Shown piece after piece: positions 1 through 7,761 of a stretch of DNA of 42,193 nt. The stretch is from a virus. Taxonomy: Duplodnaviria; Caudoviricetes. The stretch lies in IMG/VR virus record IMGVR_UViG_3300017910_000112, positions 1 through 42,193 of that record. One strand, given 5' to 3'. The position numbers and the translations under genes were made by a program. Every line of letters starts with the position of its first letter. Within the stretch, counting starts at the first letter, position 1. The notes under the pieces are model-generated. The model was not told the DNA's origin. It ran no database searches and saw only the letters and a program-made list of their open reading frames with translations.

Positions 1-695
1 CCTGCTTCATAAACAGCTAAAAGAGCCGCACCTCCAGTTCCTGATGAGTTAATTGAATAGGTTGCGTCATCTGCTAAAGTGATAGAAGAAGTGCCTGTCA
101 AAACACTAATATTTGCTCCGCCTGTTGTTATGTTCCCATCATTTTCAATATTCAGTACCTCAGTACCATTAATCTCAAAAAGATATTCACCACCACTAGC
201 AGCCATAAGTTTCATACTTGTACCATCACCACGAATGTGAACTGTGTTGTTGCTTACTTGGTTTGCTCCTGCTCCGCCTGTGCCTAATTGGATTCTTGCG
301 TCAGTACCTCCATTTAAAAATAAATTATTGCCTGATATACGCAGTCTTTCTGCTATAGCTCCACTTGTTTTTTGAGTTTGAAACTGTATATGACCAGCAT
401 CAGTCGCACCATCAGTTTTAGCGTTAATTGCTGCTAAAGCATCGTTAGCATGATTAAATGAAAGCTGCCCTATAAATTCGTCTGTTCCTGCTGTTGGGTT
501 TGTAAGCATCAAATCAGGTCCAGTTGTTGCTCCTGCGTCACTTATTTCTACTGTTTTTCCGAAACCTTGATTACTTGCTGGACTTGAAGTTCCTATTCCA
601 ATATTTTCAGAGCTATCAATAGTTATTGCAGTAGCATTACTGTTGTCTACTATTCCGGGAGTACTTGATAATTCTACTGGTACTTTAGTTGTCAT
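1..695 (-). CDS. tail fibre/tail protein, N-terminal part (runs off window)
   Basis: Own translation from ATG 695 with AGGAG SD: MTTKVPVELSSTPGIVDNSNATAITIDSSENIGIGTSSP...; the IDSSENIGIGTSSP and ERLRI repeats are typical of phage tail fibres; open to position 1. Confidence 0.75.
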   Translation of the reverse strand, partial: MTTKVPVELSSTPGIVDNSNATAITIDSSENIGIGTSSPASNQGFGKTVEISDAGATTGPDLMLTNPTAGTDEFIGQLSFNHANDALAAINAKTDGATDAGHIQFQTQKTSGAIAERLRISGNNLFLNGGTDARIQLGTGGAGANQVSNNTVHIRGDGTSMKLMAASGGEYLFEINGTEVLNIENDGNITTGGANISVLTGTSSITLADDATYSINSSGTGGAALLAVYEA

Positions 696-704
696 TTATA
701 TCTC

Positions 705-1472
705 CTAAAAATATGTTCTATCATCTGACATATATTTTGGTTGTGGATTTATCAGATTAGACTTCATTTGCTTCATGCCTTTTTTATAATCTTCTAATGC
801 AAAAGCAGCTTGTTGAGGACTTTCTTTAAACTGCCAAACATAATATCTAGCTCTAGCTGTTATCACATTTGCATATTGGTCTGGTAAAACTATAGTGTCA
901 CTAAACGCTGATAGTTCTGTAGGCTTGTTGTAGCCATAAAAATGTACGTTGTAAACTTTGTCAGGTATAGGACTTAGCCCAAACTTTCTATGGTCTGGAC
1001 TACGTATTACATAAACAGGCTCTCCATAAGCTTGAGTTGATGCATCATCACTATTCTCACTATCTCTGTAATACCTAGTCCACTCATCTAATGTTAAAAA
1101 TCTTAACCCTTTTGAAACAAACGGTGCTGATTCTCCAGAAACACTAATAGTTGTGATGTAAAAATCATCCCAATCTATTGATGCAAAGTCTGAAGTAATA
1201 TCACTACTACCATCTTTTAACAGATACCATCTAGTACCTGCAGTAGTTGCTACAGTTGTATTACCATAAAAAGGGTCTGTCTCACCACTAGCACCTGCCG
1301 AAAAGAAAGGTAACTGTGGTTCTTCATTAGCAATATCGTTTATAGATTTGTTAATAGAATTTTTGACAAACGCTTGTATGCCTGTAGCGTCTCCAAAGTT
1401 TGATGAAGTTAAGACAACTTCATTCAACTCTCTGAGGACATCATTCGTCAGAGTTAAAAATGTTTTAGCCAT
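705..1472 (-). CDS. head-tail adaptor / tail tubular protein A-like
   Basis: 255 aa; N-terminal 'FLTLTNDVLRELNE' and C-terminal helical segment resemble podovirus adaptors; lies downstream of the MCP. Confidence 0.65.
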   Translation of the reverse strand: MAKTFLTLTNDVLRELNEVVLTSSNFGDATGIQAFVKNSINKSINDIANEEPQLPFFSAGASGETDPFYGNTTVATTAGTRWYLLKDGSSDITSDFASIDWDDFYITTISVSGESAPFVSKGLRFLTLDEWTRYYRDSENSDDASTQAYGEPVYVIRSPDHRKFGLSPIPDKVYNVHFYGYNKPTELSAFSDTIVLPDQYANVITARARYYVWQFKESPQQAAFALEDYKKGMKQMKSNLINPQPKYMSDDRTYF

Positions 1473-1618
1473 TATTTACTATGTATTTTTTGGATTGCAA
1501 AAGAAGCTTTTTTACTAGCTCCTTTATGAGGCTTATAACCGCCTTTTGGGTCTTTCATTAGTTTGTAGCCTTTACCAGACTTCATCCAATGATAACCTTT
1601 TGGTGCATCTACTTTCAT
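1472..1618 (-). CDS. small basic protein (48 aa)
   Basis: Not in ORF track; MKVDAPKGYHWMKSGKGYKLMKDPKGGYKPHKGASKKASFAIQKIHSK; TAATG coupling to the next gene. Confidence 0.7.
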   Translation of the reverse strand: MKVDAPKGYHWMKSGKGYKLMKDPKGGYKPHKGASKKASFAIQKIHSK

Positions 1619-1620
1619 GT

Positions 1621-1803
1621 TTAGTTAGGTTTTTGAACTTCCATAGCACCACCCATAGCCATGCCAATTCTATCCATATTTTTGTGTGGTCCGCCATGAG
1701 TTTTCTTTTTCCTTTTCATGCCATACATTCCACCACCTTCCATAGGTGTTCTACCATACATCATTTTTTTTCTTTTCTTTTCCATTGGTTTGTGTCCAGC
1801 CAT
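1621..1803 (-). CDS. small basic Met/Gly-rich protein with repeated RxxMxxGG motif
   Basis: 60 aa; AGGAG SD; TAATG coupling to the upstream ORF. Confidence 0.7.
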   Translation of the reverse strand: MAGHKPMEKKRKKMMYGRTPMEGGGMYGMKRKKKTHGGPHKNMDRIGMAMGGAMEVQKPN

Positions 1804-1958
1804 TATTTTTCTCCTTTGTTTTCTTCGTATTTAAATCTCATAGTGTTGTAACCCACCATTTCTTTACACATCTCTTCTTTTGAATGAATAGAATCGTAAT
1901 AAGAAATATTACCGCTAGGCTTTGGATTACCTTGTAAGTTTTGTTCGTTGTGTTTCAT
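1803..1958 (-). CDS. hypothetical protein (51 aa)
   Basis: Not in track; MKHNEQNLQGNPKPSGNISYYDSIHSKEEMCKEMVGYNTMRFKYEENKGEK; AAGGAG SD. Confidence 0.65.
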   Translation of the reverse strand: MKHNEQNLQGNPKPSGNISYYDSIHSKEEMCKEMVGYNTMRFKYEENKGEK

Positions 1959-1969
1959 AATCTCTCCTT

Positions 1970-1997
1970 AAAAAAGGAGGAGTCCGAAGACTCCCCC
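1970..1997 (-). terminator. Rho-independent terminator after major capsid gene
   Basis: GGGGGAGTC-TTCG-GACTCCTCC-TTTTTT; UUCG tetraloop and U-tract. Confidence 0.9.
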
Positions 1998-2004
1998 AGT
2001 TTTA

Positions 2005-2988
2005 TTAGTCTACTGTGTAGAAAGCTGATACTAAAGCTTCAGGTCTTAAAACTTTAGCTCCGTATACATGCAATCCTCTTACGATATCACCGAAAGAACT
2101 AGGGTCTCTTAAAACCTCAGTTGAGATGATAGTTTGAGCAGTTGCAGTAGAAGAAATGTGACCAGCAAGAATCTTACCAGTAGCTGTACTAGCAGCAGCA
2201 ACGTTGTTAGATTTGTACATGTCAAATCCTCTTAGTTTACCACTAGATACAAGACCATTTCTTATAGAGCCTTGACCTGCGTTAAAGTCTACGCTTAGAA
2301 GCTTAGAACCAGATTGTGCAAGTTCATTGTAGAATGAAGGCGGTGCAACGAACCATCTTCCTTCTTCAGGAACGCTTTGCTCATCTAGTAGCTTAGCCAT
2401 GAATGACATCACGTCTAATGGGTCAGTTCCAGTACCATCAGAACCTAAAAGGTCGATAGAGTTAGAACCACCTTGATGCTGACCCATAGTTTGAGTAGCA
2501 GCAGCAGCATCAGCACCTAAAGCATGGTCAGGTGAAGATGTAGAAACTCCAGAGAACATAGAAGCTATAACAGCAGCATCATATGAATCTCTCAATGCAT
2601 ATGCAGCAGATGAAGTAGCAACTTCTTTGAAGTTAACGTGTGACATGTTAGTTTCAATATCATCTACGATGAATTTGAAAGCCTTTGCACTATCTACAAC
2701 CAAAGTTAACTCTTGGTCAGTAAGTTTAGTAGCAGTAGTGTCAGAACCTCTTGTGTAATCAGAAACTGAAATCACAGGTTCTTTAATAATCCTAACTGAG
2801 TCTCCGAAAGCAGCAATCTCACCGGCATAGTCGGTGTTAGTAATAGCTTCAACTACCGAGGCTTTTCTGAAAAAGTTTAATACCTTTTTCGAGTAAATTT
2901 TAGGTAGGAAAAAACTATTGGTCTGTCCACTTACGGAGTTAGCAAAGTTAGCATCAGTATCAGTACTTGGTTCAAAAAATTGAGCCAT
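2005..2988 (-). CDS. major capsid protein
   Basis: 327 aa; FLPKIYSKKVL, GDSVRI and GDIVRGLHVYGAKVLRP motifs of podovirus MCPs; follows the scaffold gene and precedes a strong terminator. Confidence 0.9.
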   Translation of the reverse strand: MAQFFEPSTDTDANFANSVSGQTNSFFLPKIYSKKVLNFFRKASVVEAITNTDYAGEIAAFGDSVRIIKEPVISVSDYTRGSDTTATKLTDQELTLVVDSAKAFKFIVDDIETNMSHVNFKEVATSSAAYALRDSYDAAVIASMFSGVSTSSPDHALGADAAAATQTMGQHQGGSNSIDLLGSDGTGTDPLDVMSFMAKLLDEQSVPEEGRWFVAPPSFYNELAQSGSKLLSVDFNAGQGSIRNGLVSSGKLRGFDMYKSNNVAAASTATGKILAGHISSTATAQTIISTEVLRDPSSFGDIVRGLHVYGAKVLRPEALVSAFYTVD

Positions 2989-3013
2989 GATAATACTCCT
3001 TTGTGTTTATAGT

Positions 3014-3892
3014 TTATTTAACGATTCTACCTTGTTGCATGGCTTCGCTGATTTCACTTTCGTATTTATCAAACTCATCCATACTCATGGCAGCAATCTC
3101 CCTTTCCGACCAAACCTTTTCTGATTTAGGTTCTACAGCAGTTGTTTTTGTAGATACCATATCAGCAGCCGATTCAGTCTTAGAAGATGACTTAGTTTCT
3201 TTTTTAGGAACATCAATACCTAAATCACGTTTAAATAAATCTATAGCTCTACTGGCTAAGTCGGCATCGTCAGTATTATCATATATCCAACTTTGGATAG
3301 ATGATGGCTGTTCTTTAGCCCACTTATGAAAATCATCACTGTTTCTAACATCGTCAAAATCAGGATGTCTTTCTCTTAACCTTTTTTCAGCTTCTTGTTG
3401 AGATATTTCTTGCTCTCTTTCTTGGAGTTTACTAAGACGTTCTTCTAGAACTTTTGCCTTAGATTCGCTTTGCATATGAGCAACTGTTTCTACAACTTCA
3501 AAAACATCAGGATATTTTGTTTTAAACTGTTCAAGTTCTTCTGCAGTTTTCGGAGCTTTATATTCAGGCACTGCCTGTCTAATTAACTCTTCTTCTCTTT
3601 TCTTAAACTCATTAAGTTTAGTATCATAATGTCTTTTTAGGTCATCGTAGCGTTTTTTATAATCTGGTTTTTTATAAGGTTCATCCTTAGGTGCATCCAA
3701 ATTATCCACTTCTACGTTGCCTTCTTGCTCTGCTTCGTTAACATTGTTTGATTTGAATAATTTATTCTTCTCAGACGGGTCTTCAAAATAAAGCTGTTCT
3801 GCTGATTTAAAAGGTTCATCAGTACCTTCGTGCCAAGATTTTTTTAAATTATAAGGATTGGCTTGTTCCTCATTTGAGACTTGTTCAGTCAT
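3014..3892 (-). CDS. capsid scaffolding protein
   Basis: 292 aa, acidic and coiled-coil; YKKRYDDLKRH motif; C-terminal 'I..AM..GRI'; directly upstream of MCP. Confidence 0.8.
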   Translation of the reverse strand: MTEQVSNEEQANPYNLKKSWHEGTDEPFKSAEQLYFEDPSEKNKLFKSNNVNEAEQEGNVEVDNLDAPKDEPYKKPDYKKRYDDLKRHYDTKLNEFKKREEELIRQAVPEYKAPKTAEELEQFKTKYPDVFEVVETVAHMQSESKAKVLEERLSKLQEREQEISQQEAEKRLRERHPDFDDVRNSDDFHKWAKEQPSSIQSWIYDNTDDADLASRAIDLFKRDLGIDVPKKETKSSSKTESAADMVSTKTTAVEPKSEKVWSEREIAAMSMDEFDKYESEISEAMQQGRIVK

Positions 3893-3899
3893 TTTCTTA

Positions 3900-4019
3900 C
3901 CTCCTACTCAGGGCTTCATTAACAAGGTAGCTGCGGTGTGCACTTGCAGGGCTTGTCTTGTAAAGGTAGCCTTTCAAAGTTGATTTAATGTAAAGTGCCG
4001 ATTACTCGGGTAGCTTTAC
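3900..4019 (-). promoter_or_regulatory. candidate cis-regulatory RNA leader of the scaffold gene (three hairpins with CUAC/C(A/C) internal loops)
   Basis: Hairpins at 3990-4019, 3948-3972 and 3909-3933, ending 3 nt before the AGGAGG SD. Confidence 0.65.
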
Positions 4020-4021
4020 TC

Positions 4022-5527
4022 CTATTGCATACGAGGGTTTGTACCTCTCATATCTTGGATAGTTTTCTCGTCTTGCATGACTTCTTCCTCATCCGCCATT
4101 TGAGTTGGGTCAGCAAATCTACGAGTTGTAGTCGTAGTTTCACTTAACACTCCCCCTTCCTGCATTCCTCGTCTTTTATCTGCAGCAGCTTCAGCTTCTT
4201 TCATCATAGACATTAATTTGTCTACTCCGATTTGCTCTGTAGCTTTTGCAGTAAAAACGAACTCTCCATCCGATAACCTTGCGGGTATCGAATCAGAAAC
4301 TCCTGTGCCCGGTCCTTCTACTGGACCAGCACCTGTAAATTCTGAAGCAACTTCTATAACTTTGTCGAATATTTCGCTAAGCTTGTCGTTGTCTTTTAAT
4401 TGTTCTACTAAAAAATCCTCTTCTTCAGGATTTAATGCTTCGTTAATAATGAAGTCTAAATAGTCCTCTTCCATTTCTTCATCAGGGACTTGTTGTTTTT
4501 CCATGAGCATTTTCATTTGCTCATCTTCATCCATTACACCACCTTTTTCTTTTTTATTTCTTTTAATATTTTCAATTATGTTTTCAGCACCTTTATCTTC
4601 TGCATCTCTTTCAGCTAAAAGTAAACGAAAATTTAAACCATCATATTTTTCTGCATTTTTTGTTAGTATTCCACCTCTACTTTCATCAAATATAGTTCCT
4701 GCACCTTTTTTATATAAAATATCATCAACATAATCATATCTAGTATAACCGGCTGCATTTTCTAAATTAGAATCAAAAATATTATCTGCTTTGTTTAATA
4801 AATCTGCTATTTTTAATGCTATTGGTGCTCCTTGATATTCAAGTATTTCTTCTGGGGTCATTCCAGCTACACCAGCATCTTGAAACATATCTACATATTC
4901 ATCTTGTCTATCTACGTATTCATCTATTAATTTTTTTAATTCTTGTTCTTGTTTAGCTGCTTGTTTTGTAGTAGATTTAGAAAATATTTTTGATACTGCT
5001 TGTGATAATTTACCTGCTATTGCACCTAATACAAACTTTTCTCTTTCTTCCATGCTTTCTTCTATTGCTTCACCTCTAGCTTGTTCATAGTCTGATATTG
5101 TACCGTCTTTATCTAGGTCAGCTTTTTCAGGATTTTTTAATGAACCACCTTCTGCTTTAGAGTCTCTTTGCTCTATTTCCATAAATTCTTTTGGTAATTC
5201 AAATCTATAAGGTAAATCTGCATCCATATAGCCTTTATTTAACATATCAGCTAGTTGTTTATTAGTGTATTCACCTTTCATTTGTCTATTAACTTTTTGA
5301 ATTGCATCAAAAGCTTTTCGACCTTCACCACTATCACCTAAACTTCTTTCAAGTCTACCAAATAACCCTACACCGCTATTAAAATATTCATCACCATATT
5401 CTTTAGCAAACTTTACTTCATCACCAATAATAGCATTTATTCTTTGCATAATTTCAGGTACAGGCTCACCATTACCACCAAAAACCATAGCCATTCTATC
5501 AGGGTCATTTTGTAACATACTTTTCAT
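4022..5527 (-). CDS. putative virion-associated protein (modular, acidic)
   Basis: 501 aa; DLDKDG EF-hand-like loop; GPGTGVSDSIPARLSDGEFV motif; repeated RxxXxxGG. Confidence 0.6.
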   Translation of the reverse strand: MKSMLQNDPDRMAMVFGGNGEPVPEIMQRINAIIGDEVKFAKEYGDEYFNSGVGLFGRLERSLGDSGEGRKAFDAIQKVNRQMKGEYTNKQLADMLNKGYMDADLPYRFELPKEFMEIEQRDSKAEGGSLKNPEKADLDKDGTISDYEQARGEAIEESMEEREKFVLGAIAGKLSQAVSKIFSKSTTKQAAKQEQELKKLIDEYVDRQDEYVDMFQDAGVAGMTPEEILEYQGAPIALKIADLLNKADNIFDSNLENAAGYTRYDYVDDILYKKGAGTIFDESRGGILTKNAEKYDGLNFRLLLAERDAEDKGAENIIENIKRNKKEKGGVMDEDEQMKMLMEKQQVPDEEMEEDYLDFIINEALNPEEEDFLVEQLKDNDKLSEIFDKVIEVASEFTGAGPVEGPGTGVSDSIPARLSDGEFVFTAKATEQIGVDKLMSMMKEAEAAADKRRGMQEGGVLSETTTTTRRFADPTQMADEEEVMQDEKTIQDMRGTNPRMQ

Positions 5528-5528
5528 A

Positions 5529-5756
5529 TTAGTTCTCTTTTCTAGTTAGTGCTTCTTTAACCTTCTGGGGCAGCTCTTCCAACATTACCAGAGAAGTTAT
5601 CCTCCCCTGCAACCGGAACATTTCCGATTCCGATGTTGCCACCGCCAGTGCCTGTAACTCCAACATCTTGCGGTCCTTGAGGTACTCCTTGAAGTCCTCC
5701 CATTGTGGGCTGTTGACTATTGGGTTCAGTCTCTTCGCCTGTTGCTTGTCCAACAT
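5529..5756 (-). CDS. small protein overlapping the portal 3' end
   Basis: 75 aa helical; 'W..FKEYL...FRLQG' pattern typical of the small gene after podovirus portals; AGGA SD. Confidence 0.7.
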   Translation of the reverse strand: MLDKQQAKRLNPIVNSPQWEDFKEYLKDRKMLELQALAVATSESEMFRLQGRITSLVMLEELPQKVKEALTRKEN

Positions 5757-7758
5757 TTTGCATTCCTATTATTTGTGCCATTATAGCTGCTTCTTCAGGG
5801 TCATTTAATATTTCCTCTGGGTCTAAGTCTAAACTATAAGCAAGTTCACTAACTAATTTAGAAATCTTAACAAACGGTGCGATAGCTGGACTTTGTGCAG
5901 TTTGTAAGAACATAGTAAGTCTTTGACTTCTAACTTCTTTTTGCATTAAGCTATTCGTACCAGTAGCTTTAACTTCTAAATCACCAACCACATCAATGTT
6001 ACCTTCAAAGAACTGCATATTCCATTGGAAGTAAGATTCGCCTAGTGGCTTTAATAAAAAGTCATCAAGATTCTTAACGACTGTTTTTATATTTAAACTA
6101 GCAGCCCCTAATAACATAGACATACCTGATGCAGTTCTTGTCATACTTTGAACTCCTGTATGTCCATGAGAGTAACTAGGAATACCTGTTTGTTCATCCG
6201 CTAACTGTCTAAACCTATCAAACATCATCATGTTCTCAGGTGCAGTGTTTGGAAACTTCAATCCGTAAATAGATTGACCGGGCATTCCTGCTTGTCTCCT
6301 AAATATCTTGCCGGGATATATTTCCATATTTTGTCCACCGACAAGAGCAGACTCATCAACATCAAATACTAATGAACCTGCTAATGCTAGATTATCAATA
6401 GCCATTCTCGCATGACCATTCATAATTTGTTGAGAATCATCCATATTCTCTGCAACTCCAATACCAAAAAAATTATAAGGATTTCTTTCGTATGGAAAAG
6501 CGTTATAAGGTATTCTGTATGGAGTAAATGGATTAATTACTGCTCTTAGTAATTTATCACCACATATCCATGCATTAATCTGTACCTCATCTAAATCATC
6601 AATGCTATCATTTAAATCTATGCCTACTTCACGAGCATATTCAGCATCCATGATTCCCCAGTATTCTAAGACTTCAAAGTTAGAAGAGTATTCTTCTGCT
6701 CTTGCATCATCTTTTAACTGAGCTTCAAAATCTTTTTCTTCGTAGTTAGCACCTAATCTAATGCACTCACGAATAGCTTCTTTATCAAAGTAAGGCATAT
6801 TACGTAGTTGCCTTAATTGACTTTTGTTCATTTTATGACGATGTATTATATATTCACACTCGTCAATGTTAGTTGCTGCAGGGTCAGGGTAAAAATCCCA
6901 GCAACTAACAAATTCTATTCTAGGAACTCTAACATCAACTGGTGAATATTCTCTTGCACCTTCTTCATTCATTGCCCAGTTATTTAATCTTTTATTAAAA
7001 TTAAATGGACCTTTAATAATTCCAGTTCCTAATAATGCAGATTCTAATAATGCATTTCTTATTTCTGATGACCCATTAGATTCTTCTATTTGGTCATGAA
7101 TAAGTTTTTCCATTCTTCTCGCAGACTTTTGTGCTGGAGATAATTCTAAGTCTTGTGGATTAGGACTTAAACCTTCTTTTAATCCTAACTGTTCTGCTTG
7201 GTCTTCTAAGCTATCTTCAAACATACCTGTGCCTAAAGTAGCTCCGGGTTTTAGCACTCTACCATCGCCTTCAAAACCAATATCATAAATACTTTCTACT
7301 GGCTCATCTTCTAATCTATTACCAATATTATCAGGTATGGTTGTTTCTAAACCGGGATTAGGATTCTGGGTATCTAAGTATGCGTGTTCTTTTTCACCTT
7401 CGGGTAGTTTAGTTTCTGCTATACCTATTGGAAATTTACCTGTACCAAAGATAACATCTACTAATTGTCCAAATGCTGCTAGAACTTTTGTCTTAGTTAT
7501 CTTAACAAATATTCTAGACTTTTCTGATTCTCTAAATTTAACTGACTTAGCATATAGACCACGAAAGTTTTCGTATGCTTTTAACCAACGTCTTTCGTCT
7601 GAGTCTCTTGCAGTTTCTGATTGATAAAAACGAGACTGAATAATACCAACTAAATTTATACGTTGGTCTTCTTCTAATGTTAAATTTTTACCTGCTTCAC
7701 CTTCTACTTCTTCGTAGATATTGTTAGCACTTAAAAATGTATTATCGTTCTCTGCCAT
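5557..7758 (-). CDS. portal protein (head-tail connector)
   Basis: 733 aa; follows terL; 'ALLGTGIIKGP', 'RTASGMSML', 'LEVKATG'; low-complexity C-terminal tail. Confidence 0.9.
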   Translation of the reverse strand: MAENDNTFLSANNIYEEVEGEAGKNLTLEEDQRINLVGIIQSRFYQSETARDSDERRWLKAYENFRGLYAKSVKFRESEKSRIFVKITKTKVLAAFGQLVDVIFGTGKFPIGIAETKLPEGEKEHAYLDTQNPNPGLETTIPDNIGNRLEDEPVESIYDIGFEGDGRVLKPGATLGTGMFEDSLEDQAEQLGLKEGLSPNPQDLELSPAQKSARRMEKLIHDQIEESNGSSEIRNALLESALLGTGIIKGPFNFNKRLNNWAMNEEGAREYSPVDVRVPRIEFVSCWDFYPDPAATNIDECEYIIHRHKMNKSQLRQLRNMPYFDKEAIRECIRLGANYEEKDFEAQLKDDARAEEYSSNFEVLEYWGIMDAEYAREVGIDLNDSIDDLDEVQINAWICGDKLLRAVINPFTPYRIPYNAFPYERNPYNFFGIGVAENMDDSQQIMNGHARMAIDNLALAGSLVFDVDESALVGGQNMEIYPGKIFRRQAGMPGQSIYGLKFPNTAPENMMMFDRFRQLADEQTGIPSYSHGHTGVQSMTRTASGMSMLLGAASLNIKTVVKNLDDFLLKPLGESYFQWNMQFFEGNIDVVGDLEVKATGTNSLMQKEVRSQRLTMFLQTAQSPAIAPFVKISKLVSELAYSLDLDPEEILNDPEEAAIMAQIIGMQNVGQATGEETEPNSQQPTMGGLQGVPQGPQDVGVTGTGGGNIGIGNVPVAGEDNFSGNVGRAAPEG

Positions 7759-7761
7759 TTA

